DNA of 64,000 bases from an uncultured Gemmatimonadales bacterium (lineage in GTDB: Bacteria > Gemmatimonadota > Gemmatimonadetes > Gemmatimonadales > Gemmatimonadaceae). The stretch's first letter is position 1; every line of letters starts with the position of its first letter. The notes under the pieces are model-generated. The model ran no database searches and had not been told where the DNA came from. It saw only the letters and a program-made list of their open reading frames with translations. The stretch lies in contig CAWBZV010000006.1 of NCBI GenBank assembly GCA_963793305.1, positions 39,874 through 103,873 of the forward strand, in the 5' to 3' direction. The translations under genes were made by a program, and so were the position numbers. Positions 49,211 to 58,854 of this stretch are shown here, in pieces.

Positions 49211-50809
49211 GTCGCGCCAGGACCCAGCAGCGCCCGCCCGGCTTTCGCCCCAGTGTGATGTCCATGGTCGATAGTCACGATGCCATTGACCAACACCCAC
49301 TCGATGCCGGTGGGAAATTCCATCGGCTTCTCATACGTCGCCCGATCCTCGAGCTTGTCGTAATCGAAGATCGTGACGTTCCGCCCAGTTCCCGACGGTG
49401 ATCGTCCCGCGATTCGCGAGCCGCAGCCGGGTCGCCGGCCAACCGGTCATCTTGCGCACCGCTTCGCTGAGCGTCAGCACGTGGCGCTCTTTTACGTAGC
49501 GCGCGATGACACGAGGGAAATTGCCGAAGCTCCGCGGATGGGGGAGTCCGGTCTCGTCCGGCACCCCAATCTGCACCACGGCGCCGGCATCGCTTCCGAT
49601 ACTCGTCCACGGGAACTTGAGCGCGGTCTCGATATCTTGCTCGCCCATCATGTGATAAATCGCCATGACGCGATCATGACCTTGGGCCACGAGGTCCCAC
49701 GCCGCATCGGCCGGATCCTTTCCGGTCTCCTTCGCGATCTGCGCGATCGTCTTCTGCTCGTACTTGGCGTTGTCGGGATTGCGGGCATTGACGAGGACAA
49801 TGCCATCCCAGCCGCCGGCGGCCTCGATGATGTTCCACCATCCCGGCGACCCCGTGACAATCTCTTTCTTGAGTCTCGCTCTCACCGCCGGACGCCCCAG
49901 CCGTGCCTTCAGTGAATCGACGCCTCCCTCGTGCGCCCAACTGGGTATCGTGGCTTCCAGACCGGTGCCGCCGGCGGTGTACACGTACAAGTCGGCCGCG
50001 ACATCGACTCCTCTCGCGCGGGCCGCATCCACCGCGCGCCCGACGGAGTCCATCAAGACGCCCCATCCGGGCCGATACGCGACCTTGAGATGAAAGATCT
50101 CGACGGGCAACCCGGCCTTCTCGCCGATGGTGATGGCTTCGTTGACCGCTTGAACGACCTCTTTGCCTTCTCCGCGAATATGGCTGGCGTACAACCCACC
50201 ATATGTCGCGGCCGCTTTCGCGACTTCGATCAGCTCGTCGGTCGAGGCGTAGCTCGATGGCGGGTATATCAGGGCCGTCGTCATACCCATGGCGCCGCCC
50301 CGCATGGCGGTGTCCATGATGGCCCGCATCGCGGCGAGCTCGGTCGCGGTCGGCTTGCGAGCCGATTCGCCGAGGATGGCTTCCCTTGCCTGGGTCTCGC
50401 TGAAGTAACTGCCAAAGTTGATGCTGATGCCTTGCCGCTCCAGTGTCGCGAAGTACTGCCGCACGCTGTCGGCGGGCACCGGTGTGCCCCCTTCCCCACC
50501 GATGGCCGTCGTGACGCCTTCCTGCAGCTTATTCTCGGCCCTCCCACTCTCGAGCAGCGTGGACCCGGACTGGTCCATCGCGTCGATCCAGCCGGGACTC
50601 ACGTACTTCCCGGTCGCGTCGATCTCGACTTTCCCATGTTCGGGCACGACGCCGATCTTCACGAACTTGCCGTCGCGAATCGCCACGTCCGCGAGAATCC
50701 ACGGATTCCCTTCCCCATCGAGCACGCGCCCGTGGCGAATGACGACATCGTAGCTGGTGTCGGTCCCTTGCATGCCCAGCAGGACCACGCAGAGAACAAG
50801 AGTGCGCAT
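49207..50809 (-). CDS. N-acyl-D-amino-acid deacylase / amidohydrolase; 1-nt insertion near 49380
   Basis: SHIRGE, EIFHLK, IGSD, HPRSFGNFPR; corrected tail ADVTIFD...GIEWVLVNG ends TAA at 49207. Confidence 0.88.
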
Positions 50810-51843
50810 TAGTCTCCGAAGCTGATTCCCATTTCGCGGGCAGTGAGCACCGTATCGCTGCGCGGATCGACGCGCTTGGGCTGCGCGAGCACCTGCTCGA
50901 TCGGGATCGTCACGATGCGCGGCGACTGGAGCGCAACCATGTGTCCCCACTTCCCGTCGGCAACCGCGCGGACGGCCGCGCCGCCGAAGCGGGTGGCGAG
51001 CAGCCGATCATATCCAGTGGGCATGCCGCCGCGCTGCAGGTGGCCGAGCACGAGCCACCGGGTCTCTTTCCCGGTCTTCTCTTGGATGAGCCGCGCCAGC
51101 GGCCCGGCGACGCCGCCGACACTGGTGGTCGCGGTTCCTCCCGTGGGATACGCGCCCTCGGCTACGACGATGATCGAGAAGAGGCGCCCGGCGCGATCGC
51201 GCTCGCGGACCTTCTCGCAGACACTGTCGATGTCGTACGGGATCTCGGGGATGAGAATCACGTCGGCGCTGGCGGCGAGCCCCGTGTGGAGCGCGATGAA
51301 GCCCGCGTGGCGCCCCATTACCTCCATCACGATCACGCGATCGTGACTCTCGGCCGTGGTATGCAAACGGTCGACGGCCTCGATCGCCGTGTTGACGGCC
51401 GTGTCAAAGCCGAACGTCGTCACGGTACCCGAGACATCATTGTCGATCGTCTTCGGCACGCCGATGACGTGCAACCCCTTCTCGTGCAGCCGCTGGGCAA
51501 TCGCGAGCGATCCGTCGCCACCGATCGTGATGACGGCGTCGATGCCAAGATTTCGCGCGTTGGCAATGAGCTCGTCGGACCGGTCGGTCGTGATCCCCGC
51601 GCGCTCGTACTTGAGCGGGTTACCCCGGCTCGTCGTGTGGAGGATCGTGCCGCCCAGGTGCCCGATGCCGCGCACGGACTCGCGGGTCAGCGCCACGACG
51701 TCGTCCTCGCCGAGGAGCCCGGCGAATCCGCGCTTGATGCCCAGCACTTCCCAATCGCGGTTGACCGCGGCCAGCACGGCGGCGCGGATCACCGCGTTGA
51801 GCCCCGGCGCATCGCCGCCGCCTGTCGATAACGCTACGCGCAT
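50809..51843 (-). CDS. pfkA: 6-phosphofructokinase (group III type), in frame with the upstream YeiH ORF
   Basis: TGGGDAPGLN, GGTIL, GGDGS, PKTIDND, EVMGRHAG, LGHLQRGG. Confidence 0.92.
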   Translation of the reverse strand: MRVALSTGGGDAPGLNAVIRAAVLAAVNRDWEVLGIKRGFAGLLGEDDVVALTRESVRGIGHLGGTILHTTSRGNPLKYERAGITTDRSDELIANARNLGIDAVITIGGDGSLAIAQRLHEKGLHVIGVPKTIDNDVSGTVTTFGFDTAVNTAIEAVDRLHTTAESHDRVIVMEVMGRHAGFIALHTGLAASADVILIPEIPYDIDSVCEKVRERDRAGRLFSIIVVAEGAYPTGGTATTSVGGVAGPLARLIQEKTGKETRWLVLGHLQRGGMPTGYDRLLATRFGGAAVRAVADGKWGHMVALQSPRIVTIPIEQVLAQPKRVDPRSDTVLTAREMGISFGD

Positions 51844-52809
51844 CTCCGAATGTTGCACGAGCAGGAGGCTCGAGCCAAGGAGTATCGCCAGTGCAGCGAG
51901 AACAGAGGCGATCACGCGGCCGCCGACTCGGGCGAGCGCTCGCACGTCCACGGCGAGTCCGAGAGCGGCCATCGAGAGCACGGTGAGCATGGTGGCGACG
52001 GTCCGGAGCGGCACCGGGAGCCAGACCGGCAGCACCCCGGCCGTCCGGGCGACACCCATGAGCACGAACCCGACCACGAACCAGGGGACCATACGGTGAA
52101 GGCCGGGTCGCTTGCCGCCCCGCGCGAGCGACAGGGCGATGACCACGGGGCCGAGCATGAGCACGCGGGTGAGCTTGACGATCGTGCCGATCTGGGCGCT
52201 TGCGGCCGACACCGGGAGCGTGGCCGCCAGGACCTGCGGGACGGCGTACACGGTCAGTCCGGCCAGCGCCCCGTATTGGATCTCAGTCAACCCTAGGGCA
52301 CGACCCAGCGCGGGGAGTCCCAGCACCGCGGCGACGCCGAGCACCGCGGTGAACGCGATCGACGCCGCCACGTCGTCGCCATCGGCGCCGATCACCGGGG
52401 CGACGGCGGCGATGGCCGAGTTGCCGCAGATGGCGTTGCCGGTTGCGACGAGTATCGCCAGACGGTGGTGCAGGCCAAGGGCCCTGCCCGCCGCGTAGCC
52501 CAGCACCAGGGTCACAGCGACAATCACGATCACGCCGCCAAGGAGCCTCGGCCCCGCTCGGGCAATGAGGGCGGCGTCGACCGAGGCGCCGAGGAGTACG
52601 ACGGCGACCTCGAGGAGAAAGTGCCCGCTGATCCGTATGCCGGGCAGCCAACGATCGCCAGGCTTCCAGACGGTTCTCACGACTGCGCCGAGCACGATGG
52701 CCAGCACGATCGCGTCGACGTACGCCCCTTGGAGCACCCAAGCAACTGCGGCGATGGCCGCGCACAGAGCGATCCCAGGAAGCATGGCCACGAATCTGCC
52801 TCGGGTCAT
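51844..52809 (-). CDS. yeiH: YeiH family (putative sulfate/sulfite exporter) membrane protein; no stop before pfkA
   Basis: GNAICGNSAIAA, AGLTVYAVPQV, VKLTRVLML, PWFVVGF; divergent LysR. Confidence 0.85.
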
Positions 52810-52829
52810 CCCAAGGAGATACTGATATT

Positions 52830-52858
52830 TATGTATTGTTCACATAGGTTACACTTAT
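52830..52858. promoter_or_regulatory. Tandem LysR T-N11-A boxes between yeiH and the LysR gene
   Basis: TATGT-N7-ACATA (52830-52846) and ATAG-N7-TTAT (52844-52858) in an AT-rich spacer. Confidence 0.6.
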
Positions 52859-53729
52859 GGACCTGGACACGCTGCAGGTATTCGCCGTTGTCGCGCGAGA
52901 GGGATCCTTCACCAAGGCGGCCGCCGTGCTCGGTGTCAGCCAGCCCTCGATCTCCGAACGCATGCACCGTCTCGAGAAGCAACTCGGAACGCCCGCGTTC
53001 GTCCGTCGGGGTCGCGGGGTCGGCCTCACGGCGGAGGGATTGGCGATGCGTATGCTGGCCGATCGTGCGCTGTCGCTCGCTCGGGAGACCGAAGAATTCG
53101 TCACGGGTCTGTCGGACTTGGCGCGGGGCCTCATCCGGGGAGCCGCGAGCACGACGATCGCGGGCTACGTGCTGCCCTCCGCCATCGCGCGCCTGCGCGC
53201 CAAGCGCCCGGGCGTCGATGTCGAGATCGCGGTCGGCAATACGGCCGAGATGGCGGACGCGGTCGAGCGGGGCGACTTAAGCTGGGCGCTCGTCGAGGGC
53301 CCGGTGGCCGAGTCGCGTCTGGCGATCCGTCGAATTCGCGACGATGAGCTGATCCTGATCGTCGCCGCCTCGCACCCCTGGGCGCGCCGGCGGAGAGCGA
53401 TCGCGCCGTCCGCGCTCTCGGATGAGGCGTTCATCGCGCGCGAGCCCGGCTCCGGCACGGGCGCGGTGGTCGAGCGCGCGCTCGTCGGCGTCGGGATAGA
53501 GCTCACGCCGCGCGTGCGGATCGCCGACTCACGCGGGATCGCCGAAGCCGTCGCGTCGGGCGCGGGCGTCGGCATCGTCTCCGAGCTCGTCGCGGCCCCC
53601 CTGCTTCAGTCGGGTCGACTGGCGCGCGTCGCGATCGCCGGCCTCTCCCTCGTCCGACCGTTGTCGCTCGTGCACCTCCCGGGTCGCACGCTCGGCCGGC
53701 TCGATCGCGAGTTACTGTCGCTCGTCTAG
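52857..53729 (+). CDS. LysR family regulator (YeiE/CysL-like)
   Basis: GSFTKAAAVLGVSQPSIS, ASTTIAGYVLP, GNT, REPGSGT. Confidence 0.92.
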   Translation: MDLDTLQVFAVVAREGSFTKAAAVLGVSQPSISERMHRLEKQLGTPAFVRRGRGVGLTAEGLAMRMLADRALSLARETEEFVTGLSDLARGLIRGAASTTIAGYVLPSAIARLRAKRPGVDVEIAVGNTAEMADAVERGDLSWALVEGPVAESRLAIRRIRDDELILIVAASHPWARRRRAIAPSALSDEAFIAREPGSGTGAVVERALVGVGIELTPRVRIADSRGIAEAVASGAGVGIVSELVAAPLLQSGRLARVAIAGLSLVRPLSLVHLPGRTLGRLDRELLSLV

Positions 53730-54679
53730 ACGCTGTCCCATAGGAGTCTCGCCTCCTGCGCGATGAGATCGGGTTGTTCCTCGGGAAAGAACACTTTCGC
53801 CCCTTCGATGCGTCGCACGCCGCGGGAGTGCTTGAACGCGTGGTCGAGCCAGTCCGGGCTCGCGGGCGAGAAGATGGTATCGCCGGTGCCCCACAGGATG
53901 CGCACCGGGACCTCGGACTGTTGCAGCGCCGGCACGATCACCGTCAACGGATTCTGCTCCAGCGCGAGCGCGTAGCCGTGGAGCTGGGCTTTCCGCAGCG
54001 GTGAGGCCAGGAGCGGCGTGAAGTAACAGTCGAGCGCCTCGTCCGTCGGGTTCTCCGGATTCTGCCATGCCAGGCGTCCGATGCCTTTCGGCGAGCGGGC
54101 CAGCGCTTTGTCGGCGAGTTGCGGCGCGATGACTTTGTCCGCGAACGTGCCCGCCCGGGACAGCGTGATCACCGGTTGGAACGCCGGCGGTGGGCTGTCG
54201 ATGACGACGTCGCAGTTGGTCAGCAGCAGGCTTCGCACCCGCCACGGATATTGCGCGACGAAGATCTGCGCGACCGCGCCCCCGCTGTCATTGGCGACGA
54301 GATCGACGCGTTTGATCGACAACCGGTCGAGCAGGGCCGCGAGCATGGCGGCTTGCTGGCCGGGTGAGAGATCCTGGTGCTCGGGGATCTCCGAGTATCC
54401 GAGCCCCATGAAATCGGCGGCGACGCATCGCCGGTAGGGCGCAAGCCGCTCGATGGCGCCGCGCCACTCGAAGCCGTTGAGCGGGAACCCGTGCAGAAAC
54501 AAGGCCGCCTTCCCCGACCCGCGCTCGACGTACGCGATCCGCCCGAAGCTGGTGTCGGCGAAGCGGCGCATGGCGTGGAACGTCGGCTCGCTGATCGGAG
54601 TTGTTTCCATATGCACACGACTGACACAGGCGCCGAGCGTGGCGCTCGCGCTAATTTTGATGAAGTCTCTTCGACGCAT
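53726..54679 (-). CDS. Alpha/beta hydrolase (haloalkane dehalogenase/epoxide hydrolase-like) with Tat signal
   Basis: MRRRDFIK, LHGFP, NDSGG (Asp nucleophile), FFPEEQP. Confidence 0.85.
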   Translation of the reverse strand: MRRRDFIKISASATLGACVSRVHMETTPISEPTFHAMRRFADTSFGRIAYVERGSGKAALFLHGFPLNGFEWRGAIERLAPYRRCVAADFMGLGYSEIPEHQDLSPGQQAAMLAALLDRLSIKRVDLVANDSGGAVAQIFVAQYPWRVRSLLLTNCDVVIDSPPPAFQPVITLSRAGTFADKVIAPQLADKALARSPKGIGRLAWQNPENPTDEALDCYFTPLLASPLRKAQLHGYALALEQNPLTVIVPALQQSEVPVRILWGTGDTIFSPASPDWLDHAFKHSRGVRRIEGAKVFFPEEQPDLIAQEARLLWDSV

Positions 54680-54712
54680 GACACAGGTTCGTCTCGCGCT
54701 CGCGCGCAAGCA

Positions 54713-55507
54713 ATGACCTCAGAGGTCAAGGTCTCTCCACTCGGCGCGGTGTTGCGTGAGTGGCGTACGGTCCGTCGGGTGAGCCAACTCCACCTGGCGC
54801 TCGCCGCGAACGTCTCGTCTCGGCACTTGAGCTGCGTCGAGACGGGCCGCGCGCAACCCAGCCGCGAGCTGATCGATCGGCTGGCCGAGGCGCTCCACGT
54901 TCCGTTTCGCGAGCGCAACGCCCTGTTCGTCGCCGCGGGCTATGCCCCGAGCTATCGCGAGACCGAGATCAGCGCGCCGGAGATGGCGCGTGCGCGAGGC
55001 GCGATCGAGTTGATCTTGAAGCAGCAGGAGCCGTATCCGGCGATCGTGCTCAGCCGCCAGTGGGATCTGCTCATGGCGAACGCGGGCGCCGCGCGAGTGT
55101 TCGGCTGGCTGCTCGGCGGCCCATTGAGCGAGAAGAACGTGATGCGGATGGCGTTCGATCCGAACGGTCTCAAGCCGCTGATCGCGAACTGGGACGAGGT
55201 CGCGCGGGATCTCCTGCGGCAGCTCCGCTCGGACGTTGCGGCGGCGCCGCAAGACCACCGTGCGCGGGCGTTGTTGCGCGATGTTCTTGCCTACGCTGAC
55301 GTGCCGCCGCAGTTGTCTTCGGACACGGCGTCGAACCCACTGTGGGCGATCACGTATCGCAAGAACGGCCAGCAGCTCAAGTTTTTCTGGACGATCACGA
55401 CGTTCGGGACGGCGCAGGACGTGACGCTGCAGGAGCTCCGGATCGAGTGCTCTTTCCCCGCCGACGAGGCGACGGACCGGCTGTGCCGCGAGCTCGCAGC
55501 TTCGTGA
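54713..55507 (+). CDS. XRE HTH regulator with MmyB-like ligand-binding domain
   Basis: SQLHLA, SSRHLSCVETGRAQPSR, TTFGTAQDVTLQELRIE. Confidence 0.9.
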   Translation: MTSEVKVSPLGAVLREWRTVRRVSQLHLALAANVSSRHLSCVETGRAQPSRELIDRLAEALHVPFRERNALFVAAGYAPSYRETEISAPEMARARGAIELILKQQEPYPAIVLSRQWDLLMANAGAARVFGWLLGGPLSEKNVMRMAFDPNGLKPLIANWDEVARDLLRQLRSDVAAAPQDHRARALLRDVLAYADVPPQLSSDTASNPLWAITYRKNGQQLKFFWTITTFGTAQDVTLQELRIECSFPADEATDRLCRELAAS

Positions 55508-55949
55508 GCTCGCGCTCGCTGGTGTGCGCCGCGCGCTCCATATAGTCGCAGATCACCTCCAGCTCCTTGTCGGTGTAGCGTTTGGCGAGATCGCCAAACG
55601 CCTTGCCGATCGCCTCGTAGAGGGGGCCTAGGGGCTCGAGGCTTTCCAGGCGCACGCGCACGAAGACGCGGCGCCGGTCCTCGGTATCGCGAACGCGCTC
55701 GACGAAGGCGCGCCGTTCGAGGCGATCGAGGATGTGCGTAATCGCCCCGGTGGTGAGGCCGGTTTGCTCCGACAGCCATCCCGCGGTCACGCCTTCCGGC
55801 GGGCCGCGCAGGATGAGATCGATGCACTTCGTGTCGGTCGCGTTGAGTCCGACCTGCTGCGCGATGGCCTGATGGAGAAAGACCGTCCGGGTGCTGACCG
55901 TCCGGCCGAGATCCAACAACCTCTCCTGAATCTTTCGCCGATTGGCCAT
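55395..55949 (-). CDS. MarR family regulator
   Basis: GLNATD, GLTTGAITHILDRLE, DRRRV; long overlap with the convergent gene makes the 3' end uncertain. Confidence 0.87.
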   Translation of the reverse strand: MANRRKIQERLLDLGRTVSTRTVFLHQAIAQQVGLNATDTKCIDLILRGPPEGVTAGWLSEQTGLTTGAITHILDRLERRAFVERVRDTEDRRRVFVRVRLESLEPLGPLYEAIGKAFGDLAKRYTDKELEVICDYMERAAHTSERELTKLRARGTAGPSPRRRGKSTRSGAPAASRPAPSRTS

Positions 55950-55996
55950 CGTAGATACCTGCAGAGTTAAGATACTTCCATTTTCAAGGAGTTGCC

Positions 55997-56650
55997 ATGA
56001 AAGCATACAAGGGATTGGGCATGGACGGATGGATCGCCCGTTGGTACGCCCGGACGCGGGAGAACGACATCGAGGATTTCCGGCAGCAGGCCCGGATGGT
56101 CGCCTCCCGCCTCTCCCCCGGCGCCCGGGTGCTCGAGGTCGCCCCTGGCCCAGGATTCTTCTCGATCGAGCTGGCCCAGCTCGGACCCTACACCGTAACG
56201 GGTCTCGACGTGAGCGCGACGTTCGTCGAGATCGCCACCACGAATGCCCAGCACGCCGGCGTGTCCGTCGACTTCCGCCAGGGCAACGCCTCGGCGATGC
56301 CCTGGGCTGATCACTCGTTCGACCTCGTCTACTGCTCGGCGGCCTTCAAGAACTTCTCCCAACCGGTCGAGGCGCTGAACGAGATGTACCGCGTGCTGCG
56401 CCCGGGTGGCGAGGCGATCATCGACGACCTGCGCAAGGATGTCTCGCGCGACGCCGTCGACGCGTACGTGAAGCAGAGCGGTCGCCGCGCGCTCGATGCC
56501 TGGCTCACGACCTGGACGTTCCGCCACATGCTCATTGGTCGCGCGTATACCACGGACGACTTCTCCGCGATGGCCGCCAAGAGCCGCTTCGGCTCCTGCG
56601 ACATCACCAGCAACACGATCGGACTCGAGGTGCGACTGAGCCGCGTCTAG
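55997..56650 (+). CDS. Class I SAM-dependent methyltransferase
   Basis: VLEVAPGPG, GLDVS, QGNA, SFDLV, RVLRPGG; RBS AAGGAG. Confidence 0.9.
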   Translation: MKAYKGLGMDGWIARWYARTRENDIEDFRQQARMVASRLSPGARVLEVAPGPGFFSIELAQLGPYTVTGLDVSATFVEIATTNAQHAGVSVDFRQGNASAMPWADHSFDLVYCSAAFKNFSQPVEALNEMYRVLRPGGEAIIDDLRKDVSRDAVDAYVKQSGRRALDAWLTTWTFRHMLIGRAYTTDDFSAMAAKSRFGSCDITSNTIGLEVRLSRV

Positions 56651-56682
56651 CGAATTCAAACGTTGCGTGTATTGTTGCGACC

Positions 56683-57255
56683 ATGTCACTCCTGCGATGG
56701 ACCACAGCCGTTTCGCTCATTGCGCTGGCCCCGTGCCAGGCGCAAAACGCCATGTCCCAGACCGACACGTCGAGCCCACCGCCGGCCGCGGCTGCCGATG
56801 TCCGTTCGAGGGACGCGATCATGCACGCCATCTACGACGTGATCTCGGGCCCCGCGGGCAACCGCGACTGGAACCGCTTCTACTCGCTCTTCGTGCCGGG
56901 CGCGAGACTGATCCAGACGCGCCGCGCAGGCCCGGACAGCACCCCGCGCCCCGTGGTGATGACCCCGCAGGACTTCGCGCAGCGCGCCGGCGAGTATTTC
57001 GCGAAGAACTCCTTCTACGAGAAAGAGATCAGCCACTCCGTCGACACATTCGGCGCGATCACGCAGATCTTCAGCACGTACGCTTCACTGCACGAGGCAG
57101 GCGACGCGAAACCCTTCGCGCGTGGCATCAACAGCTTTCAGTTGTTCAACGATGGCAAGCGCTGGTACGTCGTCACGATCTACTGGGACGACGAGCACCC
57201 TGGGAACGCGATTCCGGCGCGGTACCTGACGGGAGAAGCCACTCGAAGTAAATGA
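56683..57255 (+). CDS. Exported NTF2-like hypothetical protein
   Basis: Signal peptide; YDVISGPAG.RDW.RF, RGINSFQL, IYWD. Confidence 0.78.
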   Translation: MSLLRWTTAVSLIALAPCQAQNAMSQTDTSSPPPAAAADVRSRDAIMHAIYDVISGPAGNRDWNRFYSLFVPGARLIQTRRAGPDSTPRPVVMTPQDFAQRAGEYFAKNSFYEKEISHSVDTFGAITQIFSTYASLHEAGDAKPFARGINSFQLFNDGKRWYVVTIYWDDEHPGNAIPARYLTGEATRSK

Positions 57256-57718
57256 GCGGGGAGTTGCGGTAGGTTCTCCGTCCGACTTCGGTGTAGCCGC
57301 ACCGGGCATAAAATCCGCCAGCGCCAGCGTCAGCGTCGTAGGCATCGAGTCGGATCGCGTCCGCGGGCCACTCGCGCGCGATCCGCTCTGCTTCCACGAG
57401 GCATTGCCTGCCAAGGCCTCGCCGCTGGCGGTCCAGGCTCACCGCCATGCCCAGCAAGTACAGCGGCCGCCGCGCGGTCGTGAAATAGCTGGTATCAATG
57501 GCCCACGGCTTCTTGGTCTGGAGCCGGAACGTCGCGACAATTCCGCTCGCTTCTCGCAATACGAACACGCGCGAGATCCGCATGGCGTACAGCATGCCAC
57601 GCTCCGTCACCTTCCCGGACCAGGGCCCTTCGCCATGCTCGCGCATCTTGTCGTCGGCGATCGCGTTGTGCATCGCCGCGAGCACGACCGCGTCGTCCGT
57701 CGACGCCGGTGTCACCAT
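57173..57718 (-). CDS. GNAT family N-acetyltransferase
   Basis: MAV...QRRGLG, IRLDAY, FYARCGY. Confidence 0.85.
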   Translation of the reverse strand: MVTPASTDDAVVLAAMHNAIADDKMREHGEGPWSGKVTERGMLYAMRISRVFVLREASGIVATFRLQTKKPWAIDTSYFTTARRPLYLLGMAVSLDRQRRGLGRQCLVEAERIAREWPADAIRLDAYDADAGAGGFYARCGYTEVGRRTYRNSPLIYFEWLLPSGTAPESRSQGARRPSRS

Positions 57719-57722
57719 GAAA

Positions 57723-57809
57723 CGGAGGAGGCGGGATTCGAACCCGCGAGACCCTTTCGAGCCCACACGCTTTCCAGGCGTGCGCCTTAAACCACTCGGC
57801 CACCCCTCC
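57723..57809 (-). tRNA. tRNA-Ser(GGA)
   Basis: GGAGGGG/CTCCTCC acceptor stem, CACGC-CTGGAAA-GCGTG anticodon arm, long variable arm, GGTTCGAATCC; CCA not encoded. Confidence 0.96.
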
Positions 57810-57860
57810 AGGTCGGTCGAATAATACTCGCGAACGGTCCTGGCTCGCTAATTTCCGGCC

Positions 57861-58850
57861 ATGTCACGCGCACTCGGCCTACATGGCCCCACCGTCTCGG
57901 CGCTGGGCCTCGGCGCGATGGGGATGTCCGACCTCTACGGCGCAGCCGACCGCGCCGAAAGCATCGCGACGATCCACGCGGCCCTTGACGCCGGTATCAC
58001 TCTCATTGACACCGGCGACTTCTACGGCAGCGGCCACAACGAGTTGCTGATCCACGAGGCGCTCGTCGGCCGCCCGCGCGACCGGGTCGTGCTGAGCGTG
58101 AAGTTCGGCGCGATGCGGGACCCGGCCGGCGGTTGGGTCGGCGTCGACACCCGCCCCGCGGCACTCAAAAACTTCCTCGCGTACAGCTTGCGGCGCCTCG
58201 GCACGGACTACATCGACATCTACCGCCCGGCGCGGCTCGATCCGACGGTCCCGATCGAAGAGACCGTGGGCGCGATGGCCGATCTCGTCAAGGCGGGTTA
58301 CATCCGCTTCATCGGCATGTCCGAGGTCGGCGCCCACACCATCCACGCGGCGCACGCCGTGCATCCCATTGCCGATCTTCAGATCGAGTACTCGCTCATC
58401 TCGCGCAGCCTGGAGCGCTCGATCCTCCCGACGTTGCGCGAGCTCGGCATCGGCGTGACCGCGTACGGCGTGCTCTCCCGAGGTCTCATCAGCGGACACT
58501 GGAGCCGCGAGCGGAAGGGCGAGCGGGATTTCCGGGCGAACAGTCCGCGCTTCCAGGGCGAGAACCTCGACAAGAACCTCGCGCTCGTCGAGACCATGCG
58601 CTCGATCGCCGACGCGAAGGGGGTCACCGTGGCGCAGCTCGCGACCGCCTGGGTGCTCTCGCGCGGCGACGACATCGTGCCCCTCATCGGCGCCCGCACC
58701 CGGGAGCGCCTCACGGAGTCGCTCGGCGCGCTCGACATCCGCCTGACGCCAGAGGACCTCGCGGCGATCGAGAAGGCCGTCCCGGCCGATGCGGCGGCGG
58801 GCGATCGGTACAACGCCGCGCAGATGGCGCACCTGGACAGCGAGAAGTAA
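57861..58850 (+). CDS. Aldo/keto reductase
   Basis: LGLGAMGMS, DTGDFYG, SLRRLGTDYID, QIEYSL. Confidence 0.93.
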   Translation: MSRALGLHGPTVSALGLGAMGMSDLYGAADRAESIATIHAALDAGITLIDTGDFYGSGHNELLIHEALVGRPRDRVVLSVKFGAMRDPAGGWVGVDTRPAALKNFLAYSLRRLGTDYIDIYRPARLDPTVPIEETVGAMADLVKAGYIRFIGMSEVGAHTIHAAHAVHPIADLQIEYSLISRSLERSILPTLRELGIGVTAYGVLSRGLISGHWSRERKGERDFRANSPRFQGENLDKNLALVETMRSIADAKGVTVAQLATAWVLSRGDDIVPLIGARTRERLTESLGALDIRLTPEDLAAIEKAVPADAAAGDRYNAAQMAHLDSEK

Positions 58851-58854
58851 AGCA

